A stretch of DNA of 64,000 nucleotides from Eledone cirrhosa (taxonomy: Eukaryota). Shown one piece after another: positions 40,390 to 53,068 of this stretch (position 1 is its first letter; each line of letters begins with the position of its first letter). The position numbers and the translations under genes were made by a program. Under the pieces are notes generated by a model. That model made no database searches. It saw only the letters and a program-made list of their open reading frames with translations, and was not told the origin of the DNA. The stretch spans positions 7,130,001-7,194,000 of the forward strand of contig OZ024765.1 of assembly GCA_964016885.1 (NCBI GenBank). The letters run 5' to 3'.

Positions 40390-40440
<51 letters not shown>

Positions 40441-40547
40441 AATAAATATATATATATATAAATATATATATATATAAATATATAAATATATATATATATA
40501 AATATATATAAATATATATATAAATATATATATAAATATATATATAA

Positions 40548-40584
<37 letters not shown>

Positions 40585-40685
40585 AATATATATATATAAA
40601 TATATATAAATATATAAATATATATATATATATATAAATATATATATATAAATATAAATAAATATATATAAATATATATATATAA
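39585..40685. repeat. (TA)n/TAAA microsatellite
   Basis: Directly visible. Confidence 0.97.
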
Positions 40686-40732
40686 TTGTATTATATATAC
40701 CACTGTATAGCAATGTGGACAGACAGACAGAC

Positions 40733-41242
40733 TTATATTTCTTGAGAAGAAATGCCACAGCCACATGCCACTGGTATCAGAACCACTTCATGGTGGAACA
40801 AACCGGTCGTGGTGTTCAAATGGAGAACCTCAATGTCCTTGTAGATGGCACGGCACTGCTTCAGAAATCCTGCCATTCCAGCACACTGCCCACACAGGCA
40901 CTTCGCTATTTGTATATTCCGGGGCCAACGAAACATGTCCCGATTGACCGTGTATGTCCAGGGACACAGAGCCAGTTTGGCGATGTCCCTGCTGGAGGTG
41001 TCGATAGTGCATGCTTTATCTCTCGTTGCCTCGTCCACTTCGCCGCTCAACAAAGCACTGGTGTTGTCACATAACTGGGACACGGGCTGTTGACCTAGGT
41101 CAGGGTCGGTGGCGTTGAGATTCAACAGCGACGGTGGGGACAGATCTGCGACTGCCCACCCCTCCGCTACTGCACTTCCGCCATTATCATTCACAGGAAC
41201 TGACGCTGCCATTATCATGAGGCTTGGGAATGGAACCTGCGC
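40733..41242 (-). CDS. IL17: Interleukin-17-like cytokine B, exon 2
   Basis: Acceptor ctctatattcttcag at 41243. Motifs [37 protein letters not shown] match the IL-17 pattern. Confidence 0.9.
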   Translation of the reverse strand, partial: AQVPFPSLMIMAASVPVNDNGGSAVAEGWAVADLSPPSLLNLNATDPDLGQQPVSQLCDNTSALLSGEVDEATRDKACTIDTSSRDIAKLALCPWTYTVNRDMFRWPRNIQIAKCLCGQCAGMAGFLKQCRAIYKDIEVLHLNTTTGLFHHEVVLIPVACGCGISSQEI

Positions 41243-41329
41243 CTGAAGAATATAGAGGGTTGCACGAGGTGAGATGAAAGGGGTCATCTTGTCTGGGAAG
41301 CGAGTTGAAGGGCTTATATTGTGTGGAGG

Positions 41330-41870
41330 GAGCTGTAGGGCTTATATTGTCTGGAGGGAGTTGTATGGGTCCTATTATATGGAGGGAGTTGTAAGGGTCA
41401 TATTATATGGAGGGAGTTGTAAGGGTCATATATGGAGGGAGTTGTAAGGGTCATATTATATGGAGGGAGTTGTAAGGGTCATATTATATGGAGGGAGTTG
41501 TAAGGGTCATATATGGAGGGAGTTGTAAGGGTCATATTATATGGAGGGAGTTGTAAGGGTCATATTATATGGAGGGAGTTGTAAGGGTCATATATGGAGG
41601 GAGTTGTAAGGGTCATATTATATGGAGGGAGTTGTAAGGGTCATATTATATGGAGGGAGTTGTAAGGGTCATATATGGAGGGAGTTGTAAGGGTCATATT
41701 ATATGGAGGGAGTTGTAAGGGTCATATTATATGGAGGGAGTTGTAAGGGTCATATATGGAGGGAGTTGTAAGGGTCATATTATATGGAGGGAGTTGTAAG
41801 GGTCATATTGTGTGGAGGGAGTTTAAGGGTCATATTATATGGAGGGAGTTGTATGGGTCATAGTCGTGGG
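41330..41870. repeat. G-rich 23/28-bp minisatellite (tggagggagttgtaagggtcatattata) in the IL-17 B intron
   Basis: Directly visible tandem array. Confidence 0.92.
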
Positions 41871-42084
41871 GAGGGGGGGGGGGTCATATTGTGAGAAGGT
41901 CGTCATCCGTTGAGGTGGACTTTGACAGTTTCAACCCCTACCAGAGGTACTGCTGGTCTGCCCAGGGTCACAGCATCTGACACAAGCCAAACGCTGTCCA
42001 GTGGAGCAAAAGACGAAGGATAAAACATTAATTCATAGCAATTAATCCACAAGTACACCCACATATATATATATATATATATAT

Positions 42085-42500
42085 ATATAGTAATAATAAT
42101 AAATTTGAAGACTAAAATCCAAAGAGGGCTCGATAAGGATAAATATATATCAGATATATAAGAACCGTAGTTTTCCGTTCATTGCCAGAGAACGTCTCCA
42201 TGAACCACCGAATAGAATATTAGTCTACGACTTCATTTATACCATAAACGTGGTTTTGTCTTTGCGTGTAATTGTTTGACCGCACCAAATAATGACGTAT
42301 TATCTTCGTTTTATTCCGTTCTTTGCCAGGGAACGTCTTCACGAACCAAAGTATCGTCTTCCTGTCTTGCTCCGGTTGCAACGTCTTTTGAAATATTTAC
42401 TTCTGCGTTCACAGATTGACTTTTTTAGTTTCAGAAGATCCCGTTAAGGGTGAAAGCAGCGATTCTTTGCTTAAACTTTAATCTGTTATTTTAATAAATA
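42085..42500 (+). mobile_element. Longest copy of the CAGAAGA-hammerhead element, flanked by (TA)n
   Basis: Its start (tagtaataataataaatttgaagactaaaatcc...) recurs at 35533 and inverted at 21790-21880. It ends with the hammerhead motif and taataaa(ta)n. Confidence 0.6.
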
Positions 42501-43449
42501 TATATATATATATATAAAATTCTTTGTCTCTCAGTCTCTCTGTGTCTGTTTTCTTGTGCATTCTCAAACGGCTGGACCAAATCAAATCAAGTTTTACAAG
42601 GTATTAGACCCCAGGATTAACATGTAATTTTTATTTTCATTTGGATTAAAACAATATAACATTTTATCTAAAATAATCTTTCTATAGTCAACTATACTAC
42701 TACGGCGACAATGTCACATTTTGTATGAGTGTGTATGTGTTTGTGAGTGTGTGTGTTTAAGCGTTTGTTACGTACGTTAGGCCTTAGTAAGTTACCTACA
42801 CGTACATCTTCATGTAAATATTTAATTAGATACACAGAAAATTACACACACACACCACATCTTCATAGGTGATGGTTGACAAGTGTATGTGTGTGAGTGT
42901 ATGTGTGTGTGTGTGAGTGTGTGTGTGTTTGTGTGTGTGTATATGTGAGAGTATGTGTGTGAGTGTATGTGAGAGTATGTGTGTGTGAGTGAATGTGAGA
43001 GTGTATGTGTGTGTGAGTGTGTGTGTGTTTGTGTGTGTGTATATGTGAGAGTATGTGTGTGAGTGTATGTGAGAGTATGTGTGTGTGAGTGAATGTGAGA
43101 GTGTATGTGTGTGTGAGAGTATGTGTGTGTGAGTGTATGTGAGAGTGTATGTATGAGTATATGTGAGAGTGTGTGTGTGAGTATATGTGAGTGTGTGTGA
43201 GTGTGTGTGTGTGTGAGTGTATGTGAGTGTGTGTGTGTGTGAGTGTATGTGAGTGTGTGTGTGTGTGTGTGAGTGTATGTGAGAGTGTGTGTGTGAGTAT
43301 ATGTGAGAGTGTGTGTGTCTAAGAGTGTATGTGAGAGTGTGTGTGAGTGTATGGGAGAATGTGTGTGTGAGAGTGTATGTGAGTGTGGATGTTAGGGTAT
43401 GTGTGTGAGAGTATACATACATTTCAGTGACGACAGACATAAGAAAGGC

Positions 43450-44050
43450 TGGGTGGGTGAAACAGTGTGTGTGTATGAATCTATGTCTGCAAGTGTATGT
43501 GTGTCTTTGTGGGTGAAACAGTGTGTCTGTATGAATGTATGTCTGCGAGTGTATGTGTGTCTTTGTGGGTGAAACAGTGTGTCTGTATGAATGTATGTCT
43601 GCGAGTGTATGTGTGTCTTCGTGGGTGAAACAGTGTGTCTGTATGAATGTATGTCTGCGAGTGTATGTGTGTCTTCGTGGGTGAAACAGTGTGTCTGTAT
43701 GAATGTATGTCTGCGAGTGTATGTGTGTCTTCGTGGGTGAAACAGTGTGTCTGTATGAATGTATGTCTGCGAGTGTATGTGTGTCTTTGTGGGTGAAACA
43801 GTGTGTCTGTATGAATGTATGTCTGCGAGTGTATGTGTGTCTTTGTGGGTGAAACAGTGTGTCTGTATGAATGTATGTCTGCAAGTGTATGTGTGTCTTC
43901 GTGGGTGAAACAGTGTGTCTGTATGAATGTATGTCTGCAAGTGTATGTGTGTCTTTGTGGGTGAAACAGTGTGTCTGTATGAATGTATGTCTGCGAGTGT
44001 ATGTGTGTCTTCGTGGGTGAAACAGTGTGTGTGTATGAATGTATGTCTAT
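43450..44050. repeat. 56-bp minisatellite (~10 copies), preceded by GT/GAGT microsatellite at 42880-43410
   Basis: Unit gtgggtgaaacagtgtgtctgtatgaatgtatgtctgcgagtgtatgtgtgtcttt. Confidence 0.92.
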
Positions 44051-44136
44051 GTGTGTTTTATAATACATACCCAACTGTGCTTGGTAATACAATAACAACA
44101 ATAGCAACAACTATAATAATAGTAATGGTTTCTTAC

Positions 44137-44175
44137 CACATGAAGGAGCACAAAGAGAGTTATGGAGGCAAACAT
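44137..44175 (-). CDS. IL17: IL-17-like gene B exon 1 (signal peptide MFASITLFVLLHV)
   Basis: ATG TTT GCC TCC ATA ACT CTC TTT GTG CTC CTT CAT GTG|gtaaga, phase 0, in frame with exon 2 for a 182-aa protein. A minus-strand TATAAA lies at 44457-44462. Confidence 0.75.
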
Positions 44176-44499
44176 AACTTGGAATTTTCACTGTTAGTGT
44201 TCACTAAGATGGAACTTCAAAAAACAAACTGTTCAGTCAGTGGGTTAGTTGGCTGGCTGGTTGGTTGGCTGGCTGGCTTGTTGGTTGGTTGGTTGGTCGG
44301 CTAGTTGGTTGGTTGGTTGGCTGGCTTGTTGGTTGGTTGGTTGGTCGGCTGGTTGGTTGGTTGGTTGGTTGGTCGGCTGGTCAGAGCTGGTTTAACCACA
44401 ACAGACAATAGAGAGGACAGGAATGGAATGGCTACAGTAAGATGGTTGTAGCTGGCTTTATAGAGACAGATTGACCACAAGACACTGGACTGGGGCATG

Positions 44500-45530
44500 A
44501 TGGTGGTGGGGATGGAGGAGATAGTCACGAAGGTGCAAATGCAGGTGGGTGTATTGAAGGTCATGGTGGTGGTGGTGGTGGTGGTGGTGGTGGTGGTAGT
44601 GTTGGTGTTAGTGGTGGTGTTCGTGACAGTAGTGGTGGTGGTGGTGGTAGTGTTGGTGTTAGTGGTGGTGTTCGTGACAGTAGTGGTGGTGGTGGTGGTA
44701 GTGTTGGTGTTAGTGGTGGTGTTCGTGACAGTAGTGGTGGTGGTGGTGGTGGTGGTGGTGGTGGTGGTAGTAGTGTTGGTGGTGGTGGTGGGGGGTTATG
44801 ATTATGATGATTAAGATGACAATGGTGATGATGCTGGTGACAATGATGGTGGTGGAGATGGTGGTCGTGATGATGGTGGAGATGGTGGTCATGATGGTGA
44901 TGATGTTGGTGATGGTGATGATGTTGGTGATGATGTTGGTGATGATGGTGATGGTGGTGATGGTGATGGGGATGGAGGGATAGTCACGAAGGTGCAAATG
45001 CAGGTGGGTGTATTGATGGTGGTGGTGGTGGTGTTAGTGGTGGTGTTCGTGACAGTAGTGGTGGTGGTGTTGTTGTGGGGGGGGGGGGGGGGGTTATGAT
45101 GATTAAGATTACAATGGTGATGATGCTGGTGACGATGATGGTGGAGATAATGGTCATAATGATGGTGGCGGAGTTGGTGGTCGTGATGGTGGTGGAGATG
45201 GTGGTCGTGATGATGATGGTGGTGGTGATGGTGGTGGAGATGATGGTGGTGATGGTGATGATGGTGAAGATGGTGGTGGTGATGGAGATGGTGGTGGTGA
45301 TGATGATGGTGGTGGTGATGATGGAGATGGTGGTGGTGGTGAAGATGGTGGTGGTGATGATGGTGGTGGTGATGATGGTGGTGGTGATGATGGAGATGGT
45401 GGTGGTGATGGTGGTGGAGATGGTGGTGGTGATGATGGTGGTGGTGGTGATGATGGTGGTGATGATGATGGTGGTGGTGATGATGGAGATGGTGGTGGTG
45501 GTGAAGATGGTGGTGGTGATGATGGTGGTG
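44500..45530. repeat. (GGT/GAT)n trinucleotide repeats with a local duplication
   Basis: Directly visible; gatagtcacgaaggtgcaaatgcaggtgggtgtattga occurs at ~44520 and ~44979. Confidence 0.9.
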
Positions 45531-46184
45531 ACGACAGTTCCGATAAGACTGACAAACAAAGGAGAAACCTAAGCAATTTATCAGAGAAAAAACAGGAATA
45601 AGGAGATAATTAGAGCCCTGATATATTTAGAGATTGTGTAGGGGATTGGTGGGGTGGGGAGAAGGATATATAAGGTAGTGAGGTGGGGTGTGGTGGGGGA
45701 AGATTAGTGGAGAGGAGTGTGGTGGGTGGGGTGGGATGATGCTTGAGTTCAAAGAAAATTGTTTTTTTAACAAGAAATCTTGAATAAGTTGATCACGAAC
45801 AAAAAATTATATAAAATATAGGGGTTAAGGGATGTATGGAAGATCAGTATAAATGACTAAAATGACTCTAAAATAGCTAAAACGGCATCATCAATGTCTA
45901 AAAAGACTCTAAAATGGCTTAAACTGTATCATAAATGACTAAAATGACTCTAAAATAGCTAAAACAACATCATCAATGTCTAAAATGACGCTAAAAAGGC
46001 TTAACGGCATCATCAATGACTAAAATGATGCTATAATGGCTAAAACTACATCATAAATTACTCTAAAATGGCTAAAACGGCATCATTGATGAAGAAAATG
46101 AAATAAAATGGCTAAAACGGCATTATAAATAACAAAAATGACTCTGAAATGGCTAAAACGGCATCAAAAATGACTAAAATGACT

Positions 46185-49100
46185 GGCGGTGTTGGTGTTA
46201 GTGGTGGTGTTGGTGTTAGTGGTTGTGTTAGTGGTGGTGTTGGTGTTAGTGGTGGTGTTAGTGGCGGTGTTGGTGCTAGTGGTGGTGTTGGTGCTAGTGA
46301 TGGTGTTGGTGCTAGTGATGGTGTTGGTGCTAGTGGTGGTGTTGGTGCTAGTGGTGGTGTTGGTGCTAGTGGTGGTGTTGGTGCTAGTGGTGGTAGTGCT
46401 AGTGGTGGTGTTGGTGCTAGTGGTGGTAGTGCTAGTGGTGGTAGTAGTGCTAGTGGTGGTAGTAGTGCTAGTGGTGTTGGTGCTAGTGGTGGTAGTGCTA
46501 GTGGTGGTAGTGCTAGTGGTGGTGGTAGTGCTAGTGGTGGTAGTAGTGCTAGTGGTGTTGGTGCTAGTGGTGGTGGTAGTGCTAGTGGTGTTGGTGCTAG
46601 TGGTGGTGGTAGTGCTAGTGGTGGTGGTAGTACTAGTGGTGTTGGTGCTAGTGGTGGTGGTAGTGCTAGTGGTGGTGGTAGTGCTAGTGGTGGTGTTGGT
46701 GTTAGTGGTGGTGGTAGTGCTAGTGGTAGTGCTAGTGGTGGTGGTAGTACTAGTGGTGGTGGTAGTGCTAGTGGTGGTGGTAGTACTAGTGGTGTTGGTG
46801 CTAGTGGTGGTAGTAGTACTAGTGGTGTTGGTGCTAGTGGTGGTGGTAGTACTAGTGGTGGTGGTAGTACTAGTGGTGTTGGTGCTAGTGGTGGTGGTAG
46901 TACTAGTGGTGGTGGTAGTACTAGTGGTGGTGGTAGTACTAGTGGTGGTGGTAGTACTAGTGGTGTTGGTGCTAGTGGTGGTGGTAGTGCTAGTGGTGGT
47001 GGTAGTACTAGTGGTGGTGGTAGTGCTAGTGGTGGTGGTAGTACTAGTGGTGTTGGTGCTAGTGGTGTTGGTGCTAGTGGTGGTGGTAGTACTAGTGGTG
47101 GTGGTAGTGCTAGTGGTGGTGGTAGTACTAGTGGTGGTAGTGCTAGTGGTGGTGGTGCTAGTGGTGGTGGTAGTACTAGTGGTGGTGGTAGTGCTAGTGG
47201 TGTTGGTGCTAGTGGTGGTGGTAGTACTAGTGGTGGTGGTAGTGCTAGTGGTGGTAGTAGTGCTAGTGGTGTTGGTGCTAGTGGTGGTGGTAGTACTAGT
47301 GGTGGTGGTAGTGCTAGTGGTGGTGGTAGTACTAGTGGTGTTGGTGCTAGTGGTGGTGGTAGTACTAGTGGTGGTGGTAGTGCTAGTGGTGGTGGTAGTA
47401 CTAGTGGTGTTGGTGCTAGTGGTGGTAGTGCTAGTGGTGGTGGTAGTACTAGTGGTGGTGGTAGTGCTAGTGGTGGTGGTAGTACTAGTGGTGTTGGTGC
47501 TAGTGGTGTTGGTGCTAGTGGTGGTGGTAGTACTAGTGGTGGTGGTAGTACTAGTGGTGTTGGTAGTACTAGTGGTGGTGGTAGTACTAGTGGTGGTGGT
47601 AGTGCTAGTGGTGGTGGTAGTACTAGTGGTGTTGGTGCTAGTGGTGTTGGTGCTAGTGGTGGTGGTAGTGCTAGTGGTGGTGGTAGTGCTAGTGGTGGTG
47701 GTAGTACTAGTGGTGTTGGTGCTAGTGGTGGTGGTAGTACTAGTGGTGGTGGTAGTACTAGTGGTGTTGGTGCTAGTGGTGGTGGTAGTACTAGTGGTGG
47801 TGGTAGTGCTAGTGGTGGTGGTAGTGCTAGTGGTGTTGGTGCTAGTGGTGGTGGTAGTGCTAGTGGTGGTGGTAGTGCTAGTGGTGGTAGTAGTGCTAGT
47901 GGTGGTGGTAGTACTAGTGGTGGTGGTAGTGCTAGTGGTGTTGGTGCTAGTGGTGGTGGTAGTACTAGTGGTGGTGGTAGTGCTAGTGGTGTTGGTAGTA
48001 CTAGTGGTGGTGGTAGTACTAGTGGTGTTGGTGCTAGTGGTGGTGGTAGTACTAGTGGTGGTGGTAGTACTAGTGGTGGTGGTAGTGCTAGTGGTGGTGG
48101 TAGTACTAGTGGTGGTGGTAGTACTAGTGGTGGTGGTAGTACTAGTGGTGGTGGTAGTACTAGTGGTGTTGGTGCTAGTGGTGGTGGTAGTACTAGTGGT
48201 GGTGGTAGTGCTAGTGGTGGTGGTGCTAGTGGTGGTGGTAGTACTAGTGGTGGTGGTAGTACTAGTGGTGGTGGTAGTACTAGTGGTGGTGGTAGTACTA
48301 GTGGTGGTGGTAGTACTAGTGGTGGTGGTAGTGCTAGTGGTGGTGGTAGTACTAGTGGTGTTGGTAGTACTAGTGGTGGTGGTAGTACTAGTGGTGGTGG
48401 TAGTGCTAGTGGTGGTGGTAGTACTAGTGGTGGTGGTAGTACTAGTGGTGGTGGTAGTGCTAGTGGTGGTGGTAGTACTAGTGGTGGTGGTAGTACTAGT
48501 GGTGGTGGTAGTGCTAGTGGTGGTGGTAGTGCTAGTGGTGGTGGTAGTGCTAGTGGTGGTGGTGCTAGTGGTGGTGGTAGTACTAGTGGTGGTGGTAGTG
48601 CTAGTGGTGGTGGTAGTACTAGTGGTGGTGGTAGTGCTAGTGGTGGTGGTAGTACTAGTGGTGGTGGTGCTAGTGGTGGTGGTAGTACTAGTGGTGGTAG
48701 TGCTAGTGGTGGTAGTACTAGTGGTGGTGGTAGTACTAGTGGTGGTGGTAGTACTAGTGGTGGTGGTAGTACTAGTGGTGGTGGTAGTACTAGTGGTGTT
48801 GGTAGTACTAGTGGTGGTGGTAGTACTAGTGGTGGTGGTAGTGCTAGTGGTGGTGGTAGTGCTAGTGGTGGTGGTAGTACTAGTGGTGGTGGTAGTACGA
48901 GTGGTGTTGGTAGTACTAGTGGTGGTGGTAGTACTAGTGGTGTTGGTAGTACTAGTGGTGGTGGTAGTACTAGTGGTGGTGGTAGTGCTAGTGGTGGTGG
49001 TAGTACTAGTGGTGGTGGTAGTACTAGTGGTGGTAGTACTAGTGGTGGTGGTAGTGCTAGTGGTGGTGGTGCTAGTGGTGGTGGTAGTACTAGTGGTGGT

Positions 49101-52100
49101 GGTAGTACTAGTGGTGGTAGTACTAGTGGCGGTGGTAGTGCTAGTGGTGGTGGTAGTGCTAGTGGTGGTGGTAGTACTAGTGGTGTTGGTGCTAGTGGTG
49201 GTGGTAGTGCTAGTGGTGGTGGTAGTGCTAGTGGTGGTGGTAGTGCTAGTGGTGGTGGTAGTACTAGTGGTGGTGGTAGTACTAGTGGTGGTGGTGCTAG
49301 TGGTGGTGGTAGTACTAGTGGTGGTGGTAGTACTAGTGGTGGTGGTAGTACTAGTGGTGGTGGTGCTAGTGGTGGTAGTGCTAGTGGTGGTGGTAGTGCT
49401 AGTGGTGTTGGTAGTGCTAGTGGTGGTGGTAGTGCTAGTGGTGGTAGTAGTACTAGTGGTGTTGGTGCTAGTGGTGGTGGTAGTGCTAGTGGTGGTGGTA
49501 GTGCTAGTGGTGGTGGTAGTGCTAGTGGTGGTGGTAGTACTAGTGGTGGTGGTAGTGCTAGTGGTGGTGGTAGTGCTAGTGGTGGTAGTAGTACTAGTGG
49601 TGTTGGTGCTAGTGGTGGTGGTAGTGCTAGTGGTGGTGGTAGTACTAGTGGTGGTGGTAGTACTAGTGGTGTCGGTGCTAGTGGTGGTAGTAGTACTAGT
49701 GGTGTTGGTGCTAGTGGTGTTGGTAGTGCTAGTGGTGGTGGTAGTGCTAGTGGTGGTGGTAGTACTAGTGGTGGTGGTAGTACTAGTGGTGGTGGTAGTG
49801 CTAGTGGTGGTGGTAGTGCTAGTGGTGGTAGTGCTAGTGGTGGTGGTAGTGCTAGTGGTGGTGGTAGTACTAGTGGTGGTGGTGCTAGTGGTGGTAGTGT
49901 TAGTGGTGGTGGTAGTGCTAGTGGTGGTGGTAGTGCTAGTGGTGGTGGTAGTGCTAGTGGTGGTGGTAGTGCTAGTGGTGGTGGTAGTGCTAGTGGTGGT
50001 GGTAGTGCTAGTGGTGGTGGTAGTGCTAGTGGTGGTGGTAGTGCTAGTGGTGGTGGTAGTGCTAGTGGTGGTGGTAGTACTAGTGGTGGTGCTAGTGGTG
50101 GTGGTGCTAGTGGTGGTAGTGCTAGTGGTGGTGGTAGTGCTAGTGGTGGTGGTGGTGCTAGTGGTGGTAGTGGTGCTAGTGGTGGTGGTGCTAGTGGTGG
50201 TAGTGCTAGTGGTGGTGGTAGTGCTAGTGGTGGTGGTAGTACTAGTGGTGGTGGTAGTACTAGTGGTGGTGGTAGTGCTAGTGGTGGTGGTAGTACTAGT
50301 GGTGGTGGTAGTACTAGTGGTGGTGGTAGTGCTAGTGGTGGTGGTAGTGCTAGTGGTGGTGGTAGTGCTAGTGGTGGTGGTGCTAGTGGTGGTGGTAGTA
50401 CTAGTGGTGGTGGTAGTGCTAGTGGTGGTGGTAGTACTAGTGGTGGTGGTAGTGCTAGTGGTGGTGGTAGTACTAGTGGTGGTGGTGCTAGTGGTGGTGG
50501 TAGTACTAGTGGTGGTAGTGCTAGTGGTGGTAGTACTAGTGGTGGTGGTAGTACTAGTGGTGGTGGTAGTACTAGTGGTGGTGGTAGTACTAGTGGTGGT
50601 GGTAGTACTAGTGGTGTTGGTAGTACTAGTGGTGGTGGTAGTACTAGTGGTGGTGGTAGTGCTAGTGGTGGTGGTAGTGCTAGTGGTGGTGGTAGTACTA
50701 GTGGTGGTGGTAGTACGAGTGGTGTTGGTAGTACTAGTGGTGGTGGTAGTACTAGTGGTGTTGGTAGTACTAGTGGTGGTGGTAGTACTAGTGGTGGTGG
50801 TAGTGCTAGTGGTGGTGGTAGTACTAGTGGTGGTGGTAGTACTAGTGGTGGTAGTACTAGTGGTGGTGGTAGTGCTAGTGGTGGTGGTGCTAGTGGTGGT
50901 GGTAGTACTAGTGGTGGTGGTAGTACTAGTGGTGGTGGTGCTAGTGGTGGTGGTAGTACTAGTGGTGGTGGTAGTACTAGTGGTGGTAGTACTAGTGGCG
51001 GTGGTAGTGCTAGTGGTGGTGGTAGTGCTAGTGGTGGTGGTAGTACTAGTGGTGTTGGTGCTAGTGGTGGTGGTAGTGCTAGTGGTGGTGGTAGTGCTAG
51101 TGGTGGTGGTAGTGCTAGTGGTGGTGGTAGTACTAGTGGTGGTGGTAGTACTAGTGGTGGTGGTGCTAGTGGTGGTGGTAGTACTAGTGGTGGTGGTAGT
51201 ACTAGTGGTGGTGGTAGTACTAGTGGTGGTGGTGCTAGTGGTGGTAGTGCTAGTGGTGGTGGTAGTGCTAGTGGTGTTGGTAGTGCTAGTGGTGGTGGTA
51301 GTGCTAGTGGTGGTAGTAGTACTAGTGGTGTTGGTGCTAGTGGTGGTGGTAGTGCTAGTGGTGGTGGTAGTGCTAGTGGTGGTGGTAGTGCTAGTGGTGG
51401 TGGTAGTACTAGTGGTGGTGGTAGTGCTAGTGGTGGTGGTAGTGCTAGTGGTGGTAGTAGTACTAGTGGTGTTGGTGCTAGTGGTGGTGGTAGTGCTAGT
51501 GGTGGTGGTAGTACTAGTGGTGGTGGTAGTACTAGTGGTGTTGGTGCTAGTGGTGGTAGTAGTACTAGTGGTGTTGGTGCTAGTGGTGTTGGTAGTGCTA
51601 GTGGTGGTGGTAGTGCTAGTGGTGGTGGTAGTACTAGTGGTGGTGGTAGTACTAGTGGTGGTGGTAGTGCTAGTGGTGGTGGTAGTGCTAGTGGTGGTAG
51701 TGCTAGTGGTGGTGGTAGTGCTAGTGGTGGTGGTAGTACTAGTGGTGGTGGTGCTAGTGGTGGTAGTGTTAGTGGTGGTGGTAGTGCTAGTGGTGGTGGT
51801 AGTGCTAGTGGTGGTGGTAGTGCTAGTGGTGGTGGTAGTGCTAGTGGTGGTGGTAGTGCTAGTGGTGGTGGTAGTGCTAGTGGTGGTGGTAGTGCTAGTG
51901 GTGGTGGTAGTACTAGTGGTGGTGCTAGTGGTGGTGGTGCTAGTGGTGGTAGTGCTAGTGGTGGTGGTAGTGCTAGTGGTGGTGGTGGTGCTAGTGGTGG
52001 TAGTGGTGCTAGTGGTGGTGGTGCTAGTGGTGGTAGTGCTAGTGGTGGTGGTAGTGCTAGTGGTGGTGGTAGTACTAGTGGTGGTGGTGGTGCTAGTGGT

Positions 52101-52265
52101 GGTGGTGGTACTAGTGGTGGTAGTACTAGTGGTGGTAGTACTAGTGGTGGTGGTGCTAGTGGTGGTGGTAGTACTAGTGGTGGTAGTGCTAGTGGTGGTG
52201 GTAGTACTAGTGGTGGTAGTGCTAGTGGTGGTGGTAGTGGTGGTAGTGCTAGTGGTGGTGCTAGT
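46185..52265. repeat. 6-kb (GGT/AGT/GCT/ACT) trinucleotide-derived satellite with a ~1.8-kb higher-order duplication
   Basis: 15/18-bp units ctagtggtggtggtagt(a/g). Rare variants recur: acg at 48899 and 50717, ggc at ~49130 and ~50999. Confidence 0.95.
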
Positions 52266-52868
52266 GAAATATACTGGGTAAAACAACTTTGGTTTTATTT
52301 GTCACCATTTTTCTACGACATTGTATCAGTTTTTTGAGAGTAAAATAAACTTAGAAATAATTAGGGGGAAGGAGGGGGTTAATGATTGTTTAATTAGTTG
52401 ATTCGTTAAATGTGTTGCACTATCTATATTTAAATAATTAGTCATGTAAAAACACCCCGCATAGTTATTTATATTTTTAGCTTTTTGATCATCATCATCA
52501 TCATCACTAACACCATCATCATCATCATCATCATCAACATTATCATAAACATCATTATCATCATCATCACCATCATAAACATCATCATTATCATCAACAC
52601 CATCATCATCATCATCATCGTCATAATCATCATCATCAACACCATCATAATCATCATTATCATCACCAACATTATCATCAACACTATCATGAACACCACA
52701 CTCACCATCATCACAATCATCATCATCAACAGCAACACCATCAACATCATCATCGTCATAATCATCATAATCATCATCATCATCACAAACATTATCATCA
52801 ACACTATCATGAACACCACACTCACCATCATGACAATCCTCATCATCACAATCATCATCATCAACAGC

Positions 52869-53068
52869 NNNNNNNNNNNNNNNNNNNNNNNNNNNNNNNN
52901 NNNNNNNNNNNNNNNNNNNNNNNNNNNNNNNNNNNNNNNNNNNNNNNNNNNNNNNNNNNNNNNNNNNNNNNNNNNNNNNNNNNNNNNNNNNNNNNNNNNN
53001 NNNNNNNNNNNNNNNNNNNNNNNNNNNNNNNNNNNNNNNNNNNNNNNNNNNNNNNNNNNNNNNNNNNN
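52869..53068. other. Assembly gap (200 N), preceded by a (CAT)n repeat at 52487-52868
   Basis: Run of N. Confidence 1.

Noticed and set aside
41243-41287. ORF-track start MTPFISPRATLYILQ for IL-17 B (and the non-ATG start at 36619 for IL-17 A)
   Set aside because: 41243-41287 is intronic, ending in a pyrimidine-rich acceptor, and a better signal-peptide exon exists at 44137-44175. Position 36619 lies inside the exon that begins at 36595.
46164-52286. Mucin-like 2040-aa Thr/Ser ORF and poly-Val ORF as genes
   Set aside because: Trinucleotide satellite open in three frames; no signal peptide, splice context or synonymous variation.
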